A stretch of 64,000 nt of DNA from Gemmatimonadota bacterium (GTDB taxonomy: Bacteria > Gemmatimonadota > Gemmatimonadetes > Palauibacterales > Palauibacteraceae): contig JBDHAC010000003.1 in NCBI GenBank assembly GCA_039588275.1, positions 1-64,000 of the forward strand. The letters run 5' to 3'. A program made the position numbers and the translations under genes. The notes beneath the pieces are model-generated. The model made no database searches, was not told the origin of the DNA, and saw nothing but the letters and a program-made list of their open reading frames with translations. Shown in pieces: positions 19,628 through 28,256 of the stretch; the stretch's first letter is position 1, and the number at the start of each line of letters is the position of its first letter.

Positions 19628-20970
19628 GTGATCGGCACCTCGGACTCATGGAGGGGGCGCTCGACGGTAATCTCGGGCGCCTGCTCCAGTACTACGACCT
19701 CGGGAGCGGCCAGAGGTGCCCAGGCCGCGTCCCACAAGACCTCGACCGTGGGGCGCATCAGGTTGCCGGGATTCGTGGCAACGACACGGCCTATCGAGCC
19801 CGTGCTCAACTTCACGTAGCTATCGAGCGGGAATACGGAGATCTCGTTCGCGAGCGCGTCGACGATCCGCCGATCGAATTGCTCGTCCCGCATCGCGATC
19901 ACCTTCTCGAGCGCCTCGAATGCGGTGAACGGCGAGCGGTACCCGCGCGCGTGCGAGCACGCCTCGAACACGTCGGCCACCCCCAAGATCTGCGCGATGT
20001 CGTCGATCTGGTCGTCGGCCAGACCATCCGGATAGCCACCCCCGCGGATTCGCTCGTGCTCCTGCCGGATCGCCTTCTGTAGCCAGTCGAACCCGGGCCC
20101 GAGCTCCGCGACGACCTCGGCCCCGAGGACCGGGTGCTGCTGCATCTCTTCCCGCTCCTCGTCGGTGAGCGGTCCTTCTTTCTCGAGGATGCGGTCGGGC
20201 AGGCGAGCCATTCCTATGTCGTGCAAGAGTCCCGCCTGAATGACCTGCAGCGTTCGGTCGAGCGCGAAATCGAGACCGAGCGCGATCTTGGCGGCGAAGA
20301 TCGCGACGTTGGCGCAATGCGTGTCGATCTCGAACCGCTTGTAGGGCTCGAGAGCCCGGATCAAGAGCAGATTGCTCTGGAGCAGAGACGTATGAAGCCT
20401 CTCCGCGAGCATGCGCGCCTGGTTCATGTCCGGGTGCTCGCCTCGCCCCGCGCCCTCGAGCGCCTTTCGGGCGTAGGCGACCGCATCCGCGTACAGCGGA
20501 CGGGCGCTGAACCGGGCTGGTCGACGCACCTGAAGCGAGGGGTCCGAAACGGTCTTCGAAGAGGCCGCTTCTGCGCTCTGATCGAGCAGCGTCAGGCAGA
20601 GGGCGATGAGCGTCTCCGGCCGGAAGGGACGCGCCAGGAAGTGCTCCTGCCCCTGATCTTCGCCGTTTTCGACCGAAGCCTCGCCCCCTCGTGCGAGGAG
20701 CGCGAGGAGCGCGGGCGGCGTACCCTCGGCACAGGACCCGACCGCGACGCGGAAGTCGCGGGGGTCGGTCCCCGTGTTGGCGTGGTCGAAGACGACCAGC
20801 TCGACACCACCTCCAGCGATCCACGCCAAAGCGGCATCCGGATCCTTGAAGACCGCCGCCTCAGGATCGACGCGGCGAAGCGCCTCGCGGACCGGCTCAT
20901 CCAGGTCAGGTCGTCCCGCGAGCAACGCGACGACCCGGCTGCCTGTCGCGGTGGCTCCCATCTCCCCCAT
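19624..20970 (-). CDS. HD-GYP domain protein with degenerate N-terminal receiver domain
   Basis: Motifs LLHDIG, HP..G, HER..G.GYP.GL and ADVFEA; GGAGG RBS before 20970. Confidence 0.88.
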   Translation of the reverse strand: MGEMGATATGSRVVALLAGRPDLDEPVREALRRVDPEAAVFKDPDAALAWIAGGGVELVVFDHANTGTDPRDFRVAVGSCAEGTPPALLALLARGGEASVENGEDQGQEHFLARPFRPETLIALCLTLLDQSAEAASSKTVSDPSLQVRRPARFSARPLYADAVAYARKALEGAGRGEHPDMNQARMLAERLHTSLLQSNLLLIRALEPYKRFEIDTHCANVAIFAAKIALGLDFALDRTLQVIQAGLLHDIGMARLPDRILEKEGPLTDEEREEMQQHPVLGAEVVAELGPGFDWLQKAIRQEHERIRGGGYPDGLADDQIDDIAQILGVADVFEACSHARGYRSPFTAFEALEKVIAMRDEQFDRRIVDALANEISVFPLDSYVKLSTGSIGRVVATNPGNLMRPTVEVLWDAAWAPLAAPEVVVLEQAPEITVERPLHESEVPIT

Positions 20971-21107
20971 CACACCTCCGTTGGTGCAGCGGTCGCGAAC
21001 TTCGCGCACGACAGTGGCGATACGCCATACGATAACCTGTGGCAGGTCGCTGAAAAACTCGGCGACCTGCATGGTGCGCGGACACGCTCGCGTCCTAGGT
21101 TAAGAAG

Positions 21108-21500
21108 ATGCACAGATCGTTCCTCTCGATCGGCTTTATCCTGGGGTTTGCGGGTGTGGCCGCCGGCGCCTTTGGCGCGCATGCCTTGGGCGACGCGCTC
21201 GGCCCGGATCGGATCCGGACATTCGAGACCGCGGTTCGCTACCAACTATTCCACGCGCTCGCTCTCTTCGGGATCGGGCTCGCGTCGGCTCGCTGGCCCG
21301 TTCGCGGATGGAAGGGCACCGGGGCTCTCATGACCGCTGGCACGGTATTGTTCTCGGGTAGTCTGTACGCGCTCTCCCTCTTGGACGTCGCGATCTTCGG
21401 TGCCGTGGCTCCGATCGGTGGAGTGAGTCTTCTCGCCGGGTGGCTCCTGGGACTCGCGACCGCGTGGCGCCTCCCGCTGGAGAGCTTCGACGGTCGCTAG
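21108..21500 (+). CDS. DUF423 (YgdD/TMEM256) membrane protein
   Basis: Motifs [23 protein letters not shown] and P.GG....GW. Confidence 0.92.
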   Translation: MHRSFLSIGFILGFAGVAAGAFGAHALGDALGPDRIRTFETAVRYQLFHALALFGIGLASARWPVRGWKGTGALMTAGTVLFSGSLYALSLLDVAIFGAVAPIGGVSLLAGWLLGLATAWRLPLESFDGR

Positions 21501-22051
21501 AGCTTGGGCGGCGTGACTCCGACCTGTTTCTGGTACTTTCCTTTCTTGTCCGCGTAGCTGACCTCGCACGCTTCGTCCGACTCGAAGAAGAGCACCTGGG
21601 CGATCCCTTCGTTGGCGTAGATTCGGGCCGGAAGTGGGGTCGTGTTACTGATCTCCAGCGTCACGTACCCCTCCCACTCGGGCTCGAACGGGGTCACGTT
21701 CGTGATGATCCCACACCGCGCGTAGGTGCTTTTCCCCACACAGATGGTGAGCACGTTTCTCGGGATCCTGAAGTACTCCACCGATCTGGCGAGTGCGAAG
21801 GAGTTGGGCGGGATGAGGCAGATATCCCCCTTGTACTCGACGAACGACCGATTGTCGAACGCCTTGGGGTCCACGACGGGAGCGAGGGCGTTGTGAAAGA
21901 TCCTGAACTCGTCCGCGACGCGCATGTCATACCCGTAGCTGCTGACACCGAACGAGATGACGCCCTCCCGGACCTGCCTGTCTTCGAACGGCTCGATCAT
22001 GCCCTCGTTGAGTGCCTTGTCTCGGATCCATCGGTCGCTCTTGATCGTCAT
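21497..22051 (-). CDS. dcd: dCTP deaminase
   Basis: Motifs [32 protein letters not shown] and Y...KGKYQ. Confidence 0.97.
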   Translation of the reverse strand: MTIKSDRWIRDKALNEGMIEPFEDRQVREGVISFGVSSYGYDMRVADEFRIFHNALAPVVDPKAFDNRSFVEYKGDICLIPPNSFALARSVEYFRIPRNVLTICVGKSTYARCGIITNVTPFEPEWEGYVTLEISNTTPLPARIYANEGIAQVLFFESDEACEVSYADKKGKYQKQVGVTPPKL

Positions 22052-22905
22052 CGATTCTCGTCTCTACTCCGTATCGGTTCCACTTCGTCCCACACCGCGG
22101 CAATCGCTCCGGCGACCACCTCCGGCACTTGCTCGGGAAGCACGTGCCCGCCGTCGCGGATCAGCCGCAGCGGCGCCGCGAGGCGCTCCGCGAGCCTCTC
22201 GGCCAGTTCGAGCTCGATGCGGGGATCGTGCTCTCCGACGATGACCCGCATCGCGAGGGAGTGCTCCGGCAACCGGTGCTCGATCTCCGCCGGCTGCCAA
22301 TCGGCCAGCAGGCGCATCAGCGCCAGAACGCGCGCGCTCTCCGCGTACGGCTCGCAGTAAGCGTTCAGCGTGCCGGCCGGGACCTGAGCCGCGGGGCCGA
22401 ACGCGCGAGCGAGTATCAAACGGGCCAGGGGTCGCCGGAGCGGCCGAAAGATGCCGGCGCCGATTCGTCGCATCAAGCCCGACCGGAGCAGGGCGAGCGT
22501 CAAAGGTCGGCGAGTCCACGGGGTGACCGGGCTGCACAACACCAGTCCGCGAATCCGGGGTTCCTGCTGCGCGAGCCCAAGAGCGACCGCCGCACCCTGC
22601 GAATGCCCGGCGACCACCTGCGGGGCACCTCCGAGCCCGCGGATCAGCTCGCGGGCCCGCCGCAGCTCATCCTCCAGCCGGTAAGGCAAATCGGGGCGGG
22701 CCGTCGACCGCCCCCTGCTGAGGAGGTCGGGGATCCAGAACGTCTGGCGGTGGGCCAGAAGACGGGCCACCGGGAGCCACGTGCCTCCGTGCGCGCTCAG
22801 GCCGTGAAGACACAAAACCGGGGCGCCCCGGCCCAGGACCCGTACTCGTATGCGCCCGTCCGTGATCTCAATGTCGCGCTGTTCCACGTCTATCCTCGGC
22901 CCCAT
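22048..22905 (-). CDS. Alpha/beta-fold hydrolase
   Basis: LHG; GHSQG nucleophile elbow; GE.D; GH..PE. Confidence 0.88.
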   Translation of the reverse strand: MGPRIDVEQRDIEITDGRIRVRVLGRGAPVLCLHGLSAHGGTWLPVARLLAHRQTFWIPDLLSRGRSTARPDLPYRLEDELRRARELIRGLGGAPQVVAGHSQGAAVALGLAQQEPRIRGLVLCSPVTPWTRRPLTLALLRSGLMRRIGAGIFRPLRRPLARLILARAFGPAAQVPAGTLNAYCEPYAESARVLALMRLLADWQPAEIEHRLPEHSLAMRVIVGEHDPRIELELAERLAERLAAPLRLIRDGGHVLPEQVPEVVAGAIAAVWDEVEPIRSRDENR

Positions 22906-23019
22906 CGCTCGGCCCCAAGCCTCGCCGCGGAAGCTCCCTCTGACCTGGTAACCTCGCAACCGTGCGAGACCGTCAAAAGGAGGGGAAGGACCTTGCGGCG
23001 GCCCCCCTCGCTCCGTTTC

Positions 23020-23048
23020 TTGCCGGCTCGCAGACCCGACGATAACTT
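23020..23048 (+). promoter_or_regulatory. Putative sigma70-type promoter of the nuo operon (TTGCCG-N17-TAACTT)
   Basis: 17-nt spaced hexamers about 45 nt upstream of the nuoA start. Confidence 0.55.
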
Positions 23049-23060
23049 CGCTCTCCGAGC

Positions 23061-23078
23061 AAGTGAATTATTTCACAA
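23061..23078. promoter_or_regulatory. Rex-like (or CRP/FNR-family) operator AAGTGAATTATTTCACAA
   Basis: Two mismatches to TTGTGAA-N4-TTCACAA; AT-rich palindrome next to the nuoA RBS. Confidence 0.7.
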
Positions 23079-23091
23079 GGAGCGCCGACGC

Positions 23092-23448
23092 GTGCTCGAC
23101 CCGTATCTGGGCATCCTCATCCTCGGAGTGGTCGGCGTCCTCAACGCCGCTGTGATTCTGGGTCTCTCACATCTCATCGGTGCTCGGCGTCCGACCTCCA
23201 TCAAGGCGAGTCCGTACGAGTCCGGGATCGATCCGCTCGGCAACACGAGGGAACGTTTCTCGGTGAATTTCTACATCGTGGCGATGTTGTTCATCGTCCT
23301 CGACATCGAGACTCTCTTCCTGGTTCCGTGGGCATCCGTGTTCCGGCAGTTCGGTCTCGTCGGGTTCCTGGAGGTGACGGTCTTCCTGCTGGTACTCGGC
23401 GTCGGTCTCTTTTACGCGTGGCGAAAAGGGGCATTGGAGTGGGACTGA
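23092..23448 (+). CDS. nuoA: NADH-quinone oxidoreductase subunit A
   Basis: Motifs PYESG, FY.VAMLFI..DIE, PW and Y.WRKGALEW; AAGGAG RBS with GTG start. Confidence 0.96.
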   Translation: MLDPYLGILILGVVGVLNAAVILGLSHLIGARRPTSIKASPYESGIDPLGNTRERFSVNFYIVAMLFIVLDIETLFLVPWASVFRQFGLVGFLEVTVFLLVLGVGLFYAWRKGALEWD

Positions 23449-23464
23449 GGGGCAGGAAGCGTAG

Positions 23465-24151
23465 ATGACGAAGCTCGACGTGCTGCCGACCGACGCCGGC
23501 GTGGACACGGGGATTCCACGGAGCTGGGTGACCACGCGGCTGGACTACGTCATCAACTGGGCACGGCGCAACTCGCTGTGGCCGATGCCGTTCGGCACCG
23601 CGTGTTGTGCGATCGAAATGATGGCGGCGGCCGCCTCCAAATACGACATCGGGCGGTTCGGCATGGAGCGCATGTCCTTCACGCCCCGTCAGGCGGATCT
23701 GATGATCGTGGCCGGCCGCGTGACCTACAAGCTCGCTCCCGTGATGCGCAGAATCTGGGACCAGATGCCCCAACCGAAGTGGTGCGTTTCCATGGGGGCG
23801 TGTGCGAGTTCGGGTGGCATGTTCGACAACTACACCATCGTTCAGGGGATCGACACCATCATCCCGGTCGACGTGTACGTGCCGGGGTGTCCGCCGCGCC
23901 CCGAGGGCCTCATGTACGGCCTCCTGATGATCCAGGAGAAGATCAAAGGTGAGTCGCTGGCCCATCCGGTCGCACGAACGGAATCCCCGGACGCGGTGGG
24001 CCGTCCCAACCTGCCGCCCGATGCCATCGAGCTCGTTGCCCAACCCTTCGGGAACTCAACGAAGCAAAACCGCATCAGCGGGCTCTCGGCGACCTCGGCC
24101 GTCGCGCGGGAGCGCGACCGTATCGAGCGCCTCATGGAGCACCGAGAGTAG
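23465..24151 (+). CDS. nuoB: NADH-quinone oxidoreductase subunit B
   Basis: Motifs [20 protein letters not shown] and [10 protein letters not shown]. Confidence 0.97.
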   Translation: MTKLDVLPTDAGVDTGIPRSWVTTRLDYVINWARRNSLWPMPFGTACCAIEMMAAAASKYDIGRFGMERMSFTPRQADLMIVAGRVTYKLAPVMRRIWDQMPQPKWCVSMGACASSGGMFDNYTIVQGIDTIIPVDVYVPGCPPRPEGLMYGLLMIQEKIKGESLAHPVARTESPDAVGRPNLPPDAIELVAQPFGNSTKQNRISGLSATSAVARERDRIERLMEHRE

Positions 24152-24172
24152 ACGCCAGCGCGACCGGGACTC

Positions 24173-26023
24173 ATGCCGACGACCGTCGCACCCGAGCTGC
24201 GGAAGCTGATCCGGGCCGAGCCCCGGACAGAGGAGGATCTGTCCGAGCACCCTTCGATCCGGGCGCTGCAGGAAACGTTCGCCGGTGCGGTCCGCGACGT
24301 CACCCGGGATGCGCTCGGCTATCCCGTCGCGTGGATCGAGCCCGCTCGTAACCACGACGTCCTGCGCTTCCTGCGGGACGACCCGGAGCAGACCTTCGAT
24401 CTTCTGGCCGACGTCACCGGAGTGGACGTCGGAGGCGGAGCCCCGATTCAGGTATGGTACCAGCTGTGGTCGATGCAGCATGGCCGCCAACTGCGAGTGG
24501 TCTGCGAGGTACCGCTATCGGATCTGACGCTCGCCACCGTGACGGATCTGTGGCGTACCGCAGATTGGCTGGAACGCGAGGCCTTCGACATGTTCGGCGT
24601 GACATTCGAAGGGCATCCCGACCTGCGGCGGATCTTGATGCCGGAGAACTACGAGGAGGGGTTCCCGCTCCGGAAGGACTTCCCGCTGCGCGGGCGGTTC
24701 AGCCGCTCGGAGCAGGTCCGTCGCTGCCTGAGTCGCAGCCTCGAGGATGTATACGCGACCGAAGAGCTGCAACTTGCGGGGTACGGCGATGAGTCGGTGT
24801 CGATGCGAGAGTTGAACGCCGACGAAGAGCCCGAGGATGCGCTGGAAGATCGGCTCGAGGGCGAGCCGATGCTCATCAACATGGGTCCCCAGCACCCGGC
24901 GACTCACGGCGTGTTGAGACTCGTGCTGCAGCTCGACGGCGAGCGCGTGATGCGGTGCATCCCACACGTCGGATACCTGCACACGGGGTTCGAGAAGACG
25001 TGCGAGTTCCGCGAGTGGAATCAAGTGGTGCCGTACACGGACCGCATGGATTACCTCGCACCCATGCTCTACAACATCGCGTACGCCGGGGCCGTCGAAG
25101 CGCTGCTCGGGGTCGAGATCACCGAGCGGTGCCGGGTTGTCCGCGTCATCCTGTCCGAGCTGAACCGGATCCTGGGTCACCTCCTGTGGCTCGGGACGAC
25201 GGCGATCGACCTGGGGGCGTTCACCGTCTTCCTGTACTCGTTCAAGGAGCGGGAGCGGATCTACAACCTGCACGAGGCCTACACCGGCGGCCGGATCACG
25301 ACATCGGTCACCAGAGTCGGCGGCATGCTGGCGGATCTCCCCGTGGGGTGGGCCGATGCTTGTCGTGAGTTCGCGGAGAACTTCCGGTCGGTCCTCGACG
25401 AATGCGAGCGGCTCCTGAGCCGCAACGCCATCTGGATGGCTCGCACCCAGGACATCGGGATCATCGGACCCGATGAAGCCGTGAGCTACGGTCTGACCGG
25501 ACCGAACCTGCGCGCGAGCGGCGTGCCCTACGATGTGCGTAAGGCTCGCCCCTATCTGGGCTACGATCAGTACGATTTCGACGTCCCCGTCGGCGTGCAC
25601 GGGGACGTGTACGACCGATACATGGTCCGTATCGAAGAGATGCGGCAGAGCATCCACATCGTGGAGCAGGCACTCGCTCAACTCGTGGATGGCCCGATCA
25701 ACGTCGATGACTACCGCGTCGTACTGCCGCCGAAGAGCGAGGCCATGGGGTCCATCGACACGATGATCTCGCACTTCAAGCTCGTGATGGAGGGCATCCG
25801 CGTGCCGGCGGGAGAGACCTGGTACTCGATCGAGGCCTCCAAAGGCGAATTGGGCATCGGGATCGTGTCGGACGGAGGGACCAAGCCGGTCCGCTGCCGA
25901 TTTAGGGGACCGTCGTTCATCAACATCGCGGCGCTCCCCTACCTGGTGGAGGGCGAGCTGGTCGCGGACGTGATCGCGTGCAACGCGTCGCTGGACGTCG
26001 TGCTGGGCGAGATCGACCGGTGA
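24173..26023 (+). CDS. nuoCD: Fused NADH-quinone oxidoreductase subunit C/D
   Basis: NuoC motifs EREAFDMFG..F.GHPDLRRI and PLRKDFP, then NuoD motifs NMGPQHPATHGVLR, DRMDY and GEIDR in one frame. Confidence 0.96.
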   Translation: MPTTVAPELRKLIRAEPRTEEDLSEHPSIRALQETFAGAVRDVTRDALGYPVAWIEPARNHDVLRFLRDDPEQTFDLLADVTGVDVGGGAPIQVWYQLWSMQHGRQLRVVCEVPLSDLTLATVTDLWRTADWLEREAFDMFGVTFEGHPDLRRILMPENYEEGFPLRKDFPLRGRFSRSEQVRRCLSRSLEDVYATEELQLAGYGDESVSMRELNADEEPEDALEDRLEGEPMLINMGPQHPATHGVLRLVLQLDGERVMRCIPHVGYLHTGFEKTCEFREWNQVVPYTDRMDYLAPMLYNIAYAGAVEALLGVEITERCRVVRVILSELNRILGHLLWLGTTAIDLGAFTVFLYSFKERERIYNLHEAYTGGRITTSVTRVGGMLADLPVGWADACREFAENFRSVLDECERLLSRNAIWMARTQDIGIIGPDEAVSYGLTGPNLRASGVPYDVRKARPYLGYDQYDFDVPVGVHGDVYDRYMVRIEEMRQSIHIVEQALAQLVDGPINVDDYRVVLPPKSEAMGSIDTMISHFKLVMEGIRVPAGETWYSIEASKGELGIGIVSDGGTKPVRCRFRGPSFINIAALPYLVEGELVADVIACNASLDVVLGEIDR

Positions 26024-26051
26024 ACGTCCCCCTGCGCGGAGAGACAGGCGC

Positions 26052-26603
26052 ATGAGCAGGGATCTGCATCCAGCGGTCGCAGGCGCGCAGCCGTTTCAGC
26101 GGGCCGAGCGCGAAGCCGTCGAAGGTCCGCTCTTCGAGACGGCGGAGGGGCGCGATCGTCTGCAGAAGATCCTCAGCCGCTATCCGGTGAAGAAGGCGGC
26201 GTTGCTGCCGCTGCTCAATCTCGTACAAGAGAAGAAGGGTTGGATCTCGGCCGACGACATGGTGGAGGTGGCCGCCGCGCTGGACCTCACGCCCGCGCAC
26301 GTCCGCTCGGTCGCCACCTTCTATACCATGTACAACAAGCACCCCGTCGGCCGACACCTCGTGCAGGTATGCACCTGCATCAGCTGTCACCTGAACCGCG
26401 GTGATGCCGTCCTCGAACGCTTCCTGGAAGAGATCGGTGTGCGAGAGGGAGAGACATCGGAGGACGGGAAGTTCACCGTGATCGAAGCGGAGTGCCTCGG
26501 CGCGTGCGGCTTCGCCACCGTCGTCCAGGTGAACGACGAGTACTACGAGAACGTGATGCCCGAGACGGTCGCCGAGATCGTCGAAGAGCTTCGAGGCCGG
26601 TAG
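26052..26603 (+). CDS. nuoE: NADH-quinone oxidoreductase subunit E
   Basis: VATFYTMY; 2Fe-2S ligands CxxxxC and ECLGAC. Confidence 0.95.
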   Translation: MSRDLHPAVAGAQPFQRAEREAVEGPLFETAEGRDRLQKILSRYPVKKAALLPLLNLVQEKKGWISADDMVEVAAALDLTPAHVRSVATFYTMYNKHPVGRHLVQVCTCISCHLNRGDAVLERFLEEIGVREGETSEDGKFTVIEAECLGACGFATVVQVNDEYYENVMPETVAEIVEELRGR

Positions 26604-26613
26604 GCGAACGACG

Positions 26614-27903
26614 ATGGGATATCCCCACAGCCACGACTCGGAGACGACGACGCTCCTCTCCCGATATGTCGGAGACCCTGAAGCGAAGTCGCTCGACGGG
26701 TGGTTGGAGCGGGGTGGCTACCGGACGCTCCGCGATTCACTCGAGATGTCGCCGGATGACATCACGACGATCGTCAAGGAATCCGGACTCCGGGGGCGGG
26801 GCGGGGCGGGATTCCCGACCGGGCTCAAGTGGACGTTCATGCCCAAGGATTCCGGTGACCCTCACTACCTATGCTGCAACGCCGATGAGAGCGAACCGGG
26901 TGCTTTCAAGGATCGGGAGATCATGCGCTGGACGCCTCATCTTCTGATCGAAGGTTGTATGATCTCGGCGAGGGCGATCGGGGCGGAGCACGTCTACATC
27001 TACGTGCGAGGGGAGTTCTTCCCGGTCAGCCGCGTGCTCAACGATGCCGTCGTCGAGGCGTACGAAGCCGGCTTCATCGGCGAGGACATTCAGGGGAGCG
27101 GCTGGTCCTGCGATCTCACCGTCCACCTGGGCGCCGGCGCGTACATCGCGGGTGAAGAGACCGGGCTCATGAACTCCATCCAGGGCAATCGGGCCGAACC
27201 GTGGATGAAGCCCCCGTTCCCGGCCCAGTCCGGCGTGTTCGGGATGCCGACGACGGTGAACAACGTCGAGACGCTTGCCAACGTCCCGATGATCGTGGAG
27301 AACGGGAGCGATTGGTACCGGCAGTGGGGCACCGAGAGGTCACCGGGCACGAAGCTGTGGTGTTGCTCCGGCCACCTGAAGCGTCCCGGCAACTACGAGC
27401 TCGAGCTCGGCATGCCGCTGAAGGACATCATCTACGACGTGTGTGGGGGGATCCCTGACGACCGAGCCCTGCGCGCGGTGATTCCGGGCGGTTCGTCCAC
27501 GGCGTTTCTGACCGTCGATGAGCTGGACTGCTCGACCACCTACGAGGGACTCGCGGAGGCCGGAAGCTCGCTGGGCACGGCCTCGCCGATCGTGATGGAC
27601 GAGAGCACGTGTATCCTGCGCGCCATGCGTCGAATCGCGCAGTTCTATGCCCACGAATCGTGTGGCCAGTGCGTGCAATGCCGGGAGGGGACCTCGTGGG
27701 TGACGAAGATCCTGCGGCGCATCGAGGAAGGGGAGGGGCGGATGCAGGATCTGGACACATTGTACGAGCTGTGCGAGCAGCTAACGGGGCGGACGATCTG
27801 CGTGCTCGCGGACAGCGTCGTTTTTCCGCTCCGCTCGTCGCTGGACAAGTTCCGCGACGAGTACGAAGCACACATCAACACGAACTCGTGCACCGCGTCA
27901 TGA
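26614..27903 (+). CDS. nuoF: NADH-quinone oxidoreductase subunit F
   Basis: Motifs LRGRGGAGFPTG.KW, NADESEPG, GEET, NNVET and HESCGQC..CREG. Confidence 0.97.
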   Translation: MGYPHSHDSETTTLLSRYVGDPEAKSLDGWLERGGYRTLRDSLEMSPDDITTIVKESGLRGRGGAGFPTGLKWTFMPKDSGDPHYLCCNADESEPGAFKDREIMRWTPHLLIEGCMISARAIGAEHVYIYVRGEFFPVSRVLNDAVVEAYEAGFIGEDIQGSGWSCDLTVHLGAGAYIAGEETGLMNSIQGNRAEPWMKPPFPAQSGVFGMPTTVNNVETLANVPMIVENGSDWYRQWGTERSPGTKLWCCSGHLKRPGNYELELGMPLKDIIYDVCGGIPDDRALRAVIPGGSSTAFLTVDELDCSTTYEGLAEAGSSLGTASPIVMDESTCILRAMRRIAQFYAHESCGQCVQCREGTSWVTKILRRIEEGEGRMQDLDTLYELCEQLTGRTICVLADSVVFPLRSSLDKFRDEYEAHINTNSCTAS

Positions 27904-28256
27904 CGAGGCCGATGATCCTAACTCACGACACGGATATCCCGATGGTCCCGAGCGCCGGGCGGAGCTCCAGGCCGTGGCCAGCCTCCGCCCTCCCTCGGGG
28001 CTCGGAGCTCTCGTCGGATGAACGGTCGTTCGCGAGGACCGCCGGCTCCCGTCTCGGGGAGGAACTGCTGCCCGACTCCCCCAACACGGGAGGGAGGGCG
28101 TGACCTCCGCGAGACGACACTCGGATCGACGAGTGAGCGGAAGCCGGCGTGCGACGGGTGCTTGCCCCCGGGCGGAAACCGGCCGGGCGAGAGCAGGCTT
28201 CGGATCTGCAAGTCCTCGAGCGGGGGTCGCGTCCTCCCTCCAGCACCAGGTGTGGC
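27904..28256 (+). other. 353-nt structured intergenic insert within the nuo operon (candidate cis-regulatory RNA or small-ORF pair)
   Basis: 22-bp stem 28089-28110/28220-28241 plus nested hairpins; no recognisable protein family. Confidence 0.45.
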
